63,712 nucleotides of DNA, filler included, from Basidiobolus ranarum (GCA_040143965.1; 12 parts of 12 records of this genome joined end to end with filler, not necessarily neighbours in it), one strand, 5' to 3'; shown: positions 1 through 12,416, counted from the first letter of the whole stretch. The notes: generated by a model from the letters alone, not told the origin. Numbers and translations: made by a program.

Positions 1-238
1 CACAGTATATTCCCTATTCTGTGTATTATTTTTCACCTTGCTATATCTATATAAGCACCATGTATTCCTTGATCAGACCTCAGTCTGATCAACACCAGGT
101 ATCAATAAAGATTCTTGCCAAAGTATCTTCCCTGTCCAGTATTGTCTTGTCTTGTCTTGTGGTCTACACCCAGGTACTCTTGTGCCTTCCAACCTGTTGT
201 CATTGTATCCAGTCCTTGTCCAGTACCTTATTGTGACA
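1..238 (+). repeat. 5' LTR (start probably truncated) of Ty3/Gypsy element
   Basis: TATATAAG at 48-55, AATAAA at ~104, ends TGTGACA at 238; bases 160-238 recur at ~4970-5048 downstream of pol. Confidence 0.75.
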
Positions 239-3200
239 GTTTGTTCAGACTACTTATACTGGCCTGTAGACTTCTCTCTATCCCTGTTCTTAACCTTGAA
301 GCCCCCCAAGGTTAGCTTACCTCTTATTCCCCATCTTTCCCAAGCTTCCTTGCTAAAGCAAAGATACCTTCCACCTTTGGATAATTGCTCTAAGTGCATC
401 CTTGTCAAGACACTACTGATTGAGTTTACAGTTGTTTTTGATCAAAAAAGCTTTAGTACTCTGTCAATATCAAAGGATGTTGATACTAGCATATTCTTTT
501 GTCAAGACACCAATCATTTCTTCAACAGAAAGTTGGACATTGCATTGTGATTATCATTCCTGGAGAAACTTGCATTTTTTAAAACTTCCCCCTCCCAACA
601 TAGTAAGTATTGCATCTACACCAGCCCCCAAAATGGAAGATATTATGCAAGATCTTACTTAGCTTAAGCAAGAAAATCAAAAACTTTGTACTTCTATTGC
701 TCAAGTACAGAATCCAGCTCCACCCAACTATACTGCAAATCCAACTCCTGAACGCAATATCTCCTTACCAAATAAGTTTGATGGCACTTGCCAAAACTAT
801 TGTGGCTTTATTAACCAAGTAAAGCTCATTATCCAGTTACATCCCCATTGCTGCCCCTCTGACCAAACAAAAGTAGGCCTAGTGGGAACACTATTACCAG
901 GAACAGCTCTATCTTGGTTTGCTCCTTTGATGGAAAGTCAATCTCCACTTCTTTCAAACTTCCTTGTATTCCTTGCTGAACTTGTATCTACATTTGGAAA
1001 TGTGAACAAGGAAAGAACTTCAGCTACAAAGCTCTGTGCAGTTAAACAAGGGTCAAAGCCTGCTTCAACTTATGCGACAGAATTCCACCTTCTTGCTAAT
1101 GATCTCCATTGGGGAGAATCTGCCCTGATCAACCAATTCCTATATAGACTTTGGGCAAATATCAAGGATCCTTTACTCACTATGGCTGACCCAGTGACCT
1201 TGGCTGATGGTATCCATCAGGCAGTTAGATGTAACAACTGGTTGTATGAATGACAACAACAAAGAAATATGGCTCCTTTCAACTCTCCTTCCTCAACTAC
1301 TTTCAGATCCTCCTCCAATCAAACACAAAATACAACTCAAGCAGATGATCAAATGGAAATTGATAGAACTCAATTCCAAAAGCTTAGCCCTGAGGAGAAA
1401 TATTGAAGCCAACAGGAGAATATATGCCTCTATTGTTGAGCTCATGGACATGTAGCTACAATCTGTCCAAAAAAGAAACCTGGATTTAAGATCCACAATA
1501 TGATGCTAGAAGTGAGCTGGCCCCAACACTTCAAACTTCAATGCCCAGCTGCAATGATGGGCATACAGTTGGGACAATCATCTTCAAAAATGTTTCTTCA
1601 CCATACATTGCAATCTCTGCAGTCATATCAGTCATCAAAGCTGCCCATTACACTCCTGCTACCCAATTCCAAGCCAATAAAAACAACTGCACTTCTTGAT
1701 TCAGATGCTTCCTCCTGTTTTATTAACTATGCCTTTGTCAAACCCACTCTATCCTAACATTCAAGAAATCTAGTCTAGTCCTTGTAGAAGTAATTGATGG
1801 AAGGCTGCTATCATCAGGGGCTGTAACATGTGAGACAACCTTTATGACATTTATGTCCACTGCTCACCAATAAGTAATAGTCTTTAATATCATTGCTTCA
1901 CCTCATCAACCTGTCATCCATGGTATCTCATGACTTATGCAACACAACCCAGTAATCAACTGGAAGAAGAAGATTATCTTGCTAAAGCAAGCTCCATTTC
2001 CTAATCCATATTTGCCAACCTGCAAAGTATCCATCTCATCATCAGCCCAAATACTCAATATTGAAAATATCTATGAAGCTAATATCCATTGACAGTGTTG
2101 CTGAAGAGTTGAAGTTGATGAAACCTATAATTCCTAAACTTACACCAAAATATTTAGCCTTTGCTGATTTCTTTGACCAGTATTTATGATTGCCCTATAG
2201 ATCTACAAGAGGAAAAACAACCACCATTTGGGCCTATCTAAGGCCTGATCCAGCCAGAGCTCAGCATTGTGGAAGAGTGTGTTGTCAAAGATCTGAAGAA
2301 AAGGATTTATTCAATATTCAAAGTCTCCAACAGCCTCCTCAATCTTATTGATTAACAAAAAGGATGGATCCAGCTATCTCTGTGTTGTTTATCAAGGGCC
2401 TACATAGCATTACAGTCAAAAATTGATACCCCTTACCATTTATCAATTCACTCTTGGATCAGCTTGCTGCAGCCAAGGTATGAACAAAGATTGACTCAAG
2501 AGGTGTTTACAATCTTGTAAAAATCAAACCAGGAAACCAATGGAAAACTACCTTTTGAACTTGTTATGGAAACTTTGAATACAAAGTCATGCCATTTAGA
2601 CTTACCAAAGCCCTTGTAGGCTTCCAGCACATGATGAATGATATCTTCAGAGAGCATCTTGACCAGTTTGTCACAATCTACCTTAGCAATATCTTGGTCT
2701 TCCCAAACTCTCAAGAAAAACATAATGTTCATGTTTCCCAAGTTCTTGAAAAGTTGAAAACCTCTGGTCTCCAAACTGAGCTTGAGAAATGTGAATCTGA
2801 CCAAGCTCAAGTTGAATTCCTTGGATTAAACATTAGCCCATCAGGCATCTCCATGGACCCTAAGAAGGTTGAATCTGTTCTCTCTTGGGATACTTCTAAG
2901 AATGTCATGGATATCCAATCTTTCCTTGGATTTGCAAATTTCAACCAATGGTGTATTTGATTTTAAGGTGTAAGCAGTAACTATAACCAAAATATCCTAA
3001 GGGTTTAGTGAGATGTCCAATGGGTGCAATGACCACAATTAAATAACTCTGAGATGTACTCTAAAATAGGTCCATCTCTTGCCTCTTGGGTCTTTGTGAA
3101 AGCGAATCAAGCCTCTAGAAATTTCTATGGACTGATAAATCACAATGCAATGTTCAGCTTTCTGTTGAATACTATGCTCGTGCCTGACAAAAAAATATAC

Positions 3201-4800
3201 TGGCTTCAACATTCTTTGAGAATGATTAGATAAAAAGGGTATACCCATTCAGAAGCAGCTGTAAACTCAGCCAGCAGGATCTTGAATAACAATGCACTAG
3301 TTGTGAATTATCCAAGGACATGAAAAGTTCCTTTCCTATGCAGACAAAGCAGGGGAAAAAATATAAAAGCCAGTCTGTTCTTGCTAGTCACACAGTAGCC
3401 TGTAACAGTCTCTAGTAGTATCTCCGGAGCTTTTTCTTCAAAGGTCCTGTAAGAGGTGATGAGAATAAGGGGTGATCACAAGTAGTAATTGTTAGTTGAA
3501 AACTAGGTTGATTTTTATTTGAAAAGCTATGGCTCTTATTTATACTTTTCTGAAGATAGAAATAGTTACTAATGAGAATTTGTGGAAAGTTTCCAAGAAT
3601 TCTATTGGTTGGGATATGGAGATATGATATGATCATATATCATAAGATTAGTAATCCATGGAATTTTCTGGAAGGTTGTAAAATAATCCAGAAAGTATGG
3701 AATATTTGGGCAAAATCAAGTTTTGATTAGTCAAAATTCAATCAATCATCAAATATTCCAAGAAACTTGTAAAATATTCTTGAAGATTGTAGAATTTTCC
3801 AGTAAATAGTTGGGCCAATGTGGGTTAATGCTAATAAATCTCAAATAATATGGTGATGATACTAAAGGTGTAATATGACTTGCTAGAAAATGTGGATAAG
3901 CCATATATGGATAATAATATATTAATTGTGCAATCGTAATGATATGAGCTAGGAATGGAATTAACCTGCCAGTGGGTAGCAATGCTACCACACTACAATG
4001 GTTTGTCAAGAACTACTCCAAAATATTACCCCCATTTACAAACTCTACCAAGAAAGAACTCCCATTTGACTAGATCATATCTTTCCTAGAAGCATTTGCA
4101 ACTTTAAAGAATGCTTTTACCTCAGTGCCAATCCTGGCACACCTCAAACTAGACAAACCATCATTATGGAAACTGATGAATCTGACTTAGCTCTAGGAGC
4201 AGTACTATTTCAGTATGGTGATGACAACTGACTGCACCCTGTTGGCTTTTACTCAACAAAGTTCTCTGTGGCAGAAATCAACTAAGACATCTATAATAAG
4301 GAATTGTTAGCAATTATTGCAGCATTTGAACAATGGCAACAATATTTGGATGGAGAAAATCACACAATTACAGTCTGTTGTGATCATAAGAATCTTCAAT
4401 ATTTTAGTAAAACCAATGTTCTCCATTACCATCAAGCTAGATGGTCATTATTTCTTGCCAGTTTTGACTTTGTGATTAAATATCAACCAGGTAACCAGCA
4501 AGGAAACCTGATGCCTTTCATGTAGAGCAGATTATTATCCTAAAGAAGAGGTTGAGACCTTTAGTCAGCAAAACCCCCCCCCTACCTAAGCTCCACTGAC
4601 TTCAGATTGGTGCTACTGCTCTTTCTCAACCTAGTTTGAGCACAATCTATGAAGACATCTGCAAACTTCAATCTGAAGACCCATTAAGAATATGAATCAA
4701 GAAAGCACAGGATACTCCCAAAGGCCTCTTGAGCTTGAAAATGTAATCCCACTTGTCAATCATTAATGATCTCTAGTTTTATAAGAACCACCTTGACATT
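239..4800 (+). mobile_element. Degenerate Ty3/Gypsy (Tf1/sushi-like) retrotransposon internal region: gag, Zn knuckle, protease, RT, RNase H
   Basis: Gag-like LLPGTALSWFAPL (882-1253); CLYC..HGH..C at ~1425-1468; protease TALLDSDASSCFI (~1685-1725); RT MPFRL..FQHMMNDIF..FVTIYLSNILVF..LEKC..VEFLG (2589-2950); RNase H ETDESD..LGAVL, ELLAII..WQQYL..DHKNL..QARW (~4170-4520); many stops and frameshifts. Confidence 0.92.
2952..3997. mobile_element. Solo LTR (1046 bp) inserted in Gypsy pol
   Basis: TGTA...TACA termini with ATGG on both sides (2948-2951, 3998-4001); excision restores in-frame FANFNQWFVKNYSKI; homologue at 58509-58878 in opposite orientation. Confidence 0.9.
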
Positions 4801-4832
4801 CCAGACTATATTTCCCCTGAAAAACTAAATCA

Positions 4833-4971
4833 ATTTGATCAGGATTAGATCCACCTTTTAAATCACAAAACCATCAGAGAACTGTCACAATATTGTTGGC
4901 TTGCATTCTGCCAGGGATTTTGATGGTGTGACAGCAGTTTCTTGATGGTATTTTGATGGTATTCATACATG
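4833..4971. repeat. ~140-bp dispersed repeat with internal inverted repeat
   Basis: Highly similar to 25261-25400; ACCATCAGAGAACTGTCACA ... TGTGACAGCAGTTTCTTGATGGT. Confidence 0.75.
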
Positions 4972-5048
4972 GTCTACACCCAAGTGCTCTCCTGCCTTCT
5001 AGCCTCTTGTTGTTGCTTCCAGTCCTTGTCCAGTTCCTTATTGTGAAA
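4970..5048 (+). repeat. 3' LTR remnant of the Gypsy family
   Basis: Aligns by eye to 160-238 (TGGTCTACACCC...CCAGTCCTTGTCCAGT.CCTTATTGTGA.A). Confidence 0.75.
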
Positions 5049-5234
5049 GATAGAACTATCAAAACAAGACCTTTAAGTCAGTCTAAGTATGTCCCATTAG
5101 GAAAATATGGGCTGTTTGGAGGTACTTTAGAAAAGTGGAGTTGTGAATTGCTTTGTGAGATAATTGTTTATTGTCCAGAAATAAAGCATTTATACTTTTT
5201 GGTGGAAATACAGAAAACTAACACTGGGGTTGTG

Positions 5235-5334
5235 NNNNNNNNNNNNNNNNNNNNNNNNNNNNNNNNNNNNNNNNNNNNTTAATTAATTAANNNNNNNNNN
5301 NNNNNNNNNNNNNNNNNNNNNNNNNNNNNNNNNN
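5235..5334. other. Artificial contig-join spacer, first of 11 (also 10568, 15897, 21217, 26537, 31852, 37165, 42478, 47790, 53101, 58409; 100 bp each)
   Basis: Identical N44-TTAATTAATTAA-N44 with stops in all frames; segment lengths decline from 5234 to 5204. Confidence 0.98.
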
Positions 5335-5399
5335 CCTCTTTTCATCCTTACCCTCCCTTACCCTTACCAGAACATCTATACCCTAAGGATTCACTAAGA

Positions 5400-5651
5400 T
5401 ATCACCCATTATTCCCAATATTTACCAACTTAGAAGTTCTCATATACATGGGTTTTTTGAACTTGTGCTAGAAGCCCCAAACTTTGCACACATGTTCCTT
5501 GGACCTTCCTTAACTCATTATACATGTAGGTTTGTTTACATCTTGACAAAAGTATAAATGTCAACTGAATACTCAATAAATTAATAAGTGAAAATCACCA
5601 ATTTCTCCTGTTTTCCAAACCACTTCCAACAGGTTTCAAATTACTTTAACA
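5400..5651 (+). repeat. Copia LTR family A copy (5' boundary approximate)
   Basis: Shares GAAGCCCCAAACTTTGCACACA...CCAAACCACTTCCAACAGG...TTTAACA with the LTR at 60807-61140. Confidence 0.85.
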
Positions 5652-8600
5652 TTCATGACTATATAGATGTTTTAACTATGCATACTTCAACAGGGAGACC
5701 TCACAAACACCGGTCCACCTCTTTTGTGACAATCATAAACCAGGTGCACCTTGGAGACCAGCTGCGGCTGTGAATATTAAAAATCAGATATATACCCCAA
5801 TGCAGTATAGAATTCCACAGCTGCTTTTGGGGTTTGACCTCCTATTACGTTTTCACTCCAATATATTTCATGACCTCCCATTGTACTCCACGGTATTTCA
5901 ATACGGCCTAGATTCATATGCTCATATTTAGTTAATCTCGGATCGAATGCAAAGATAACCCCTAATTCGTTGATGCGTACACTGTTTTGTCAATGGATTT
6001 GATTATTAGGAACGTTGGAACTCGGCTCTCAATATAGCTTAATAAGAAAGTTATTCGAGATTCAGACTCTTCCATGATTCAGCTCAAATCAGCCGAATGA
6101 TTTTTTAAGCTTCATCGTTAGAATAGCACGTCTTGTATCAAAGTGGAAATCCCTTCCTCTTGATAGGATCCAAACAAATCTCGTTAGGCAAATCTGATTC
6201 GTAGGCTTAGGATTGACTATTCCTTCTTGTGTTCAAGTGGAAATCATTATTTTGAATTAAAAATGGAATTAAGCAGTAATAATCATCGAGTGTGTGTTTG
6301 TTATTTTACATGAACTCGAATCTTGATCATGTGATCATAACGGTTAGATTAGTGTACTGCTTTTCAAACCAAGTACATCAAGTTGAGAAATAGCTCGCGC
6401 ATAGCTTCCCTGGACCTTTGTATTATGACTCTATTCACCATGGAATTTACTTCGAGTACACTCGTAATTTTCTTCATTTGCTTATATTATTTGCTCACAG
6501 TGATTGTTCACTCTCGTAATTTACTCGTTTGCTTGCAGTAATAGTCATTTTATCAAGTTGGGAAATTGCCCTAATCCTTACAAAAGACTTCCAATAGGTT
6601 TTCAATAGCTCTATTATGTTCCAAAAGGAATTCTCTGTTTAAGCAATTTCTGTGACTAAGATACCAGTGAGCAAGTCAGCTTTCAAGATATTTTCTATTG
6701 TTCTCAGATAGAATGCCGTAGTAAAATATTATCCCATTTTTCTCAGATATTTAAACTGTACAACTAAGAGTAAGCTACACAAAGTTTTATCGTCATCTTT
6801 GAATAATGAATCCATTACACAAATTGTGCTTAATTCTAACTCAAGAAGTCTATGAAGGTTATGAGTGACGCAGGTCAAAACAAGAGCCTGAAGGGCATAG
6901 GAGTATTTAGAAGATAATATGTTTTCACCAGTAGATTTACTGGACTTGTTCCCTTGGATAGAGCCAACAGTACTGGATGGTATCGTAGTATAGAGATTGG
7001 GACAACTACAATGCACATGAAAATACTCTGAGAACAGGGTGGCAATACAACAGTAAATGTGTCTGCTACATTTACCCCTGTGCTTCATCTCTTCATGAGC
7101 TATGCCAGCTTTGCGCTCTAATTTTCGACCTTGTGCAATGCAATCATAACTGATGAAATTGGATACATGCCAACGTTGAATGGTACTTTGCAGTAATGGC
7201 TCTCTAATTCATCATATGGTATCTGGTAAGCTTTTCACAATAGCCATCATTGATATGAGGTGGAACTATGCAGCACTATTTGGCGCTATTCAAGCGGACA
7301 GGATGATGGAGCGGAAATATATGATAATATCCAATGAACATTACTAAATATCATTAAAAGTCACCAACTATATGACCAGGTATTTGGCTACCTCAAGAGG
7401 GTCGTAGTTATTTAGCGTTGCCCAGTATTCCCCCGTGAGCGGAAGACCGTGCTTCACGCAGGTCCGCTTGCAGTCTGCAACAGTCGCAGTCCAGGTGCAC
7501 TACTGCCGCTTCTAAGTACAGCCTAAACTCCCCAACCTTTAAAACCAATCATTGTACCAAACTTACGAATCTGTCTTGCCAACTCTCCTTATCTCTACTA
7601 TTCTATCAACTAGAGGCCGTTTACCTTGATGAGTACGACCAAGCATGAAACCGATTTTTTTACCTAGGATTTTCTAGGGCCATTACGCCATAAAGAGTTG
7701 TAGAATTTCTCAACTACTTTTAGGATTTTGATTTCGACCTTAGACCTGCGAAATATATTGGTGTGCGCACAAAGCCCTAGATGAAATTACTCAGGTGAAT
7801 GATTAATTATACTCGACCGTTGAACATTTGTCATGCATTAAAATGGAAGTCAAATTTTCTGATCTAGGTCCTAGACAAATGTTATTAGACTTCAAATGTG
7901 CTAATACGATCTCTGTATATAGTTCCACATTTTATTGGTACCCCAATCACTGTCACGACGAATAGATTAGCCAGTTTGTTTTTCAAATCAAGCACGTGTA
8001 TTCTTATTTTGGCTCTATCCACCGTAAAAGTTGCTTATGGTAATTTGCTAAATTTGCTCATAGTAGTAATCATTCAAATATTGGTGAATAGGAATATCGA
8101 TACAAATTCAGTGATGCCATCCACAATGTTGGGTAAGACCTTTTTCATTTGAAGAAGAGATGTAGACATCTTGCTGCAGCCCATGAAGCAAAAGAAGACA
8201 ATACAAAGTATTACAAGTCGAATATAAGAACACATATTTCCTCAAACTTTACACATCTAAAACTTGTTCATGTGCTATCTCAATAGTAAACCATCATTAC
8301 CTTGCCACCAACCATGCCATCCAAACTGCTCTCAGACTGTTGTAGGTTTTATTGGAACTAATGGAGCGCGTCTAATTATGGTATATCTGTATTGTGAGAC
8401 ACCGGTTCGAACTTTGATAGAGCATCCAAGTGGAATCCACATGGTCCATGTTAGGCATTCTCTACTATATGAAGCAACGCTGATTTCCTTAATGATGGGA
8501 CTGACAAGCCATATTGTGCAATACCGGGAACTATAGTTCATCTTAGCTTTGCTTCTGTTGTGCCACTCACGTGACATGACAAAGCCAATCGATCAGGTAG

Positions 8601-10194
8601 GACAAACAGGGTGTCCTATTCGGTTATACGAGACATGTGTTTCGTGAAAATCAAGATTACACCAATATGGCGTTTCTCAGAACCCAACAGATTTACCTTT
8701 TTTGATTGGAATCCAGCAATCATCAAGTGACAAGTACCTTAAATGAATAACCTAAAAATGGAGCCCTGGAAAAACCTTGTTCAAGAAATACCGAAAGATT
8801 GGAAACATCTACATTAGCATAACACTGGGAACCCTAACCCTATCTCCAGGAAAGAGGCATTGTATTATGAATCAGGGGCTAAGCGTTAAGTCGCATGTGC
8901 TGAGTTTCTTCTATATTTCTAATTCGAACTCACCGAGAAAGTAGTATCGCGAAAAAAAGCCAATCCATCCAATGAGTCTTATCGCTGTCATTGTGTGTAC
9001 ATCGTTGTTTCCTATCTTTATTTCAAGTCCCCATCAGTTGATGTAACTGCATCTGATATTAGGACTGGTAAGTTGAGCGCTCCAATCAAAGGGAATATGA
9101 AATGATTCTTTACATATCACTCATCTAACCATATGATACCTATCTACTATATTGCTTGGGTGCATTATTAATAATCTGTTGATTAAGGCTCTAGCCGCTT
9201 CAACATGGCAGCATCATAATACATCGCCTGCGACAAAACCAACCTATGGTTCGGCACTAGCTCAGCACCTAATGTGCATAGGAAAATCGGCGGCAATATA
9301 GCGCATATGGCTGGATGATCACAGAGACTATTTTGTTGTTGCAGGTGGTCTATCTTGCCTCAACAGAGAGTCTAACATCCTCCTTTCAGAACTATCACCC
9401 CTTATGAGAATTATTGAAACAATCGTAAAAAGCCGGAACCGACACTGTAGCCTCGAAGATCGTATTCTTCGAATTATCCTATTGGAGTCATTTTAGCGTC
9501 CAGATTAGAAGGTTTCTGTCAGTAGCCGGAATTATCGATTTCGGACGGAAACAGACCAAGTATGATCTACCAAGAATAGTTTAATAAAACCACCTTTTCC
9601 AGAATTTTTCCATGTTGGTAAACACACTGTCTTGTTGGGCAATAATCAGCTATGATCATAGTGAGTGGATGAATTCCATGGTGCATAGATTACACGGGGG
9701 TTTTCAAGGATCAATTATTAACAATCCAAAAGACCACTAATGCGTCTGGCTGTCAGTCTATTGCGCAATCACTGTCCGTATTTGGACAGCTCAAGGGTGT
9801 CAAATGCACTCAGTGGCTTGAATTGGGCTTTCTTCGATCAGTGGACTCCATGCTATTTTTATATCATGGTTGCAGATACTCGAGAATACCACCAAAGCAC
9901 GAATTGCTACCAGTCTGTTATGGTGTATTGCAGCGGCTAAGATGAACCACGTGGCCAATCGTTGACCAACTTTAAAAAATACCCCAACTAGGGTTAATAA
10001 CCATTTTATGAGCATTGGCATCATCTCTGCTAATAGGGTCTGGAACTATCTATAGAGTAAATAAGAGGGAACATTTTCTTTGCCAATTGAGATAGTCTAT
10101 GTAGGGAGATGAATGCTCATTTAGGAGATGGAATTGTTGGCAGACCGAAAGTGTATATATACATGTGGCAATCTTTTGCTTGACACTCATAGCA

Positions 10195-10473
10195 ATGATA
10201 CCGACGGTTGTAATATCGATATTGTTATTCTTCAACATCTATCATGTTGATGCTCAGCTCAGTCAAACGGTTTCGCAAAGTAATTCGCAGATGTCTGCGT
10301 ATACCAGCGCCATCATAAACACCGACCACAAGTTGATTAGTACGCTTCCGAACGGTTGCCAAGGTTCCTATTATAGATGTGACCCAAACAACAAGAATTT
10401 CTTCTTGTATTGCCATGATACTACATTATACACATTTTCGTGCGGAACAAACTACAACAAGCCTTTTCAGTGA
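10195..10473 (+). CDS. Small secreted Cys-containing protein (chitin-binding CBM-like spacing), possibly pseudogenised
   Basis: TATA at ~10154; signal peptide MIPTVVISILLFFNIYHVDA; C-QGSYYR-C-x10-C-x9-CG; TGA where a further Cys might be expected. Confidence 0.5.
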   Translation: MIPTVVISILLFFNIYHVDAQLSQTVSQSNSQMSAYTSAIINTDHKLISTLPNGCQGSYYRCDPNNKNFFLYCHDTTLYTFSCGTNYNKPFQ

Positions 10474-10699
10474 TTCCACGATCCGAACTAACCAGTCGGA
10501 ATAAATGGCCAACAACAATGGATTGGAAACTCCATGACGACTGGAATCGTCCATAAAGTATTGACAANNNNNNNNNNNNNNNNNNNNNNNNNNNNNNNNN
10601 NNNNNNNNNNNTTAATTAATTAANNNNNNNNNNNNNNNNNNNNNNNNNNNNNNNNNNNNNNNNNNNNATATTTCCAATTCATACTACAATCAACGCAAC

Positions 10700-11017
10700 A
10701 TGGATAAAGTCAACGCCAACGTCAAATATGCTACTGGTTACGTTCAAGAAACCGCTGGAAGTGTTCTCGGTAACGAACAAATGAAGGCTGAAGGCGCTGC
10801 TAAGCAAGCTCAGGCTGATGCCGAGTACAAGGCTGCTCAGGCTGATGCCGAGTACAAGGCTGCTCAGGCTCAAGGATACGCTCAAGGTGCTGGTGAGAAG
10901 CTGAAGGGCAATGTGAAAGACACCGTTGGCTCAGCCATTGGTAACGAACAGATGCAAGCTGAAGGCAAGGCTGGGGCCACTAAAGGAGATGTTCGCATGG
11001 ATGCCAACTCCAACTAA
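10700..11017 (+). CDS. CsbD-like / Hmp1-like small hydrophilic protein, copy 1 (27-bp internal duplication)
   Basis: Two CsbD-like repeats (ETAGSVLGNEQMKAEG; DTVGSAIGNEQMQAEG) around AEYKAAQAQGYAQG. Confidence 0.9.
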   Translation: MDKVNANVKYATGYVQETAGSVLGNEQMKAEGAAKQAQADAEYKAAQADAEYKAAQAQGYAQGAGEKLKGNVKDTVGSAIGNEQMQAEGKAGATKGDVRMDANSN

Positions 11018-11404
11018 ACGCAACTTTAATGTATACATTGATTCCCCATTACTTTAATTATGTATAAAATAAAATCCGACTCTACCAAATAGTTCATGTA
11101 TATATATATATATATAATGATGATGGTATGCATGCTTTTTTTATTAAAATCCTCAAGTTAGTTAATCTAATGGATTGAATGTCGGTTTTCATCGCTTCCG
11201 AGATAAACTGTTTGTATCTAGTATAATGAACCAGTTACGTAGAGGTTCGATATGGATATGGATTTATAAGTGTCTTCCGTGAAAGAGACAGGCGCTCCTA
11301 ATGCACCAATAAGTTTAATGTTCTGGCAATTTTACTTATACAAGCATCCTGATGGTAGTAGGTGTATACAGTTTAGAGAAAGTTTAGTGTACATTGATAT
11401 AATA

Positions 11405-11749
11405 TTACATTAGAAAACTCAAGATCCTTAGTGGATCGATGCGTACATCAGAGTTGTGATTAATTGGAATTGGCATCCATGCAAACATTTCTCTTGAGGC
11501 TCCAACCTTGCCTTCAGCTTGCATTTGCTCGTTACTAATGACTGAACTGAAGGTATCCTTGACATTGCCCTTCAACTTCTCACCAGCACCTTGAGTATAC
11601 TCTTGAGCCTGAGCTACCTTGTACTCGACATCGGCTTGAGTTTGCTCGGCAGCTCCTTCAGCTTGCTTTTGTTCGTTACCGAGAAAACTTCCAGCGGCTT
11701 CTAGAACGTAACCAGTCACGTACTTGATCTTAGCGTTGACTTTATCCAT
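11405..11749 (-). pseudogene. CsbD/Hmp1-like copy 2, diverged, with late frameshift
   Basis: Many substitutions; 1-bp loss near 11495 bypasses the homologous TAA at 11460-11462. Confidence 0.75.
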
Positions 11750-12137
11750 AGTGAGTTGATTGTGGTTCGAGTGAAAATTGATTGTGTATCGAATTGGGGT
11801 GCCTAGCTACTGCCATAGTTTGTCACTAAGATTATTTGATTGATGCTTGTTTGATCAAGTTAATACTAGTAGTAGATTGGTTATGCAAATTCGTAAATTG
11901 ACACTTTCATCTTTCTTACTGACGTTCGCCTTCTTACAGTTGAATACATCGGTACGACCTCCGAATTAGAACCAATAGCCACTGTGGAATATTTGTTGGA
12001 TAATGATCTCATGGTTGTATCTAGTATCAGGAATCTTCGACATGATGAATTTTGCTGATTTATCCCATTATTAATATAGTTGAGTCTGGTACTTCGTATT
12101 TCAAAATGTTTCCAATGATTATTATAATCAACTCAAC

Positions 12138-12416
12138 ATGGATAAAGTCAACACCAACGTCAAATATGCTACTGGTTACGTTCAAGAAACCACTGGAAGC
12201 GTTCTCGGCAATGAACAAATGAAGGCTGAAGGAGCAGCCAAGCAAACTCAAGCTGATGCCGAATACAAGGCCGCACAGGCTCAAGGATATGCTCAAGGTG
12301 CTGGCGAGAAACTGAAGGGCAATGTCAAAGATACCATTGGCTCAGTCATTGGCAACGAAAAAATGAAAGTTGAAGGTAAAGTTGGGGCCATAAAAGCAGA
12401 TATTGGGTTTGCTTGA
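12138..12416 (+). CDS. CsbD/Hmp1-like copy 3, last codons replaced by fusion to copy 4
   Basis: Homologous up to GAT ATT (12404), then reads into the antisense of copy 4. Confidence 0.8.
   Translation: MDKVNTNVKYATGYVQETTGSVLGNEQMKAEGAAKQTQADAEYKAAQAQGYAQGAGEKLKGNVKDTIGSVIGNEKMKVEGKVGAIKADIGFA

Noticed and set aside
3039-3248. Homologous ORFs 3039-3248 and 58583-58834 as a conserved small protein
   Set aside because: Both lie within copies of the same LTR and use non-ATG starts; nucleotide homology explains the similarity.
6700-9700. Possible decayed non-LTR retroelement or gene in contig 2
   Set aside because: Only patchy coding-like stretches; no motif I can identify with confidence.
10471-10473. 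TGA as selenocysteine
   Set aside because: No recognisable SECIS in the remaining ~95 nt and not a known selenoprotein family; a nonsense mutation is simpler.
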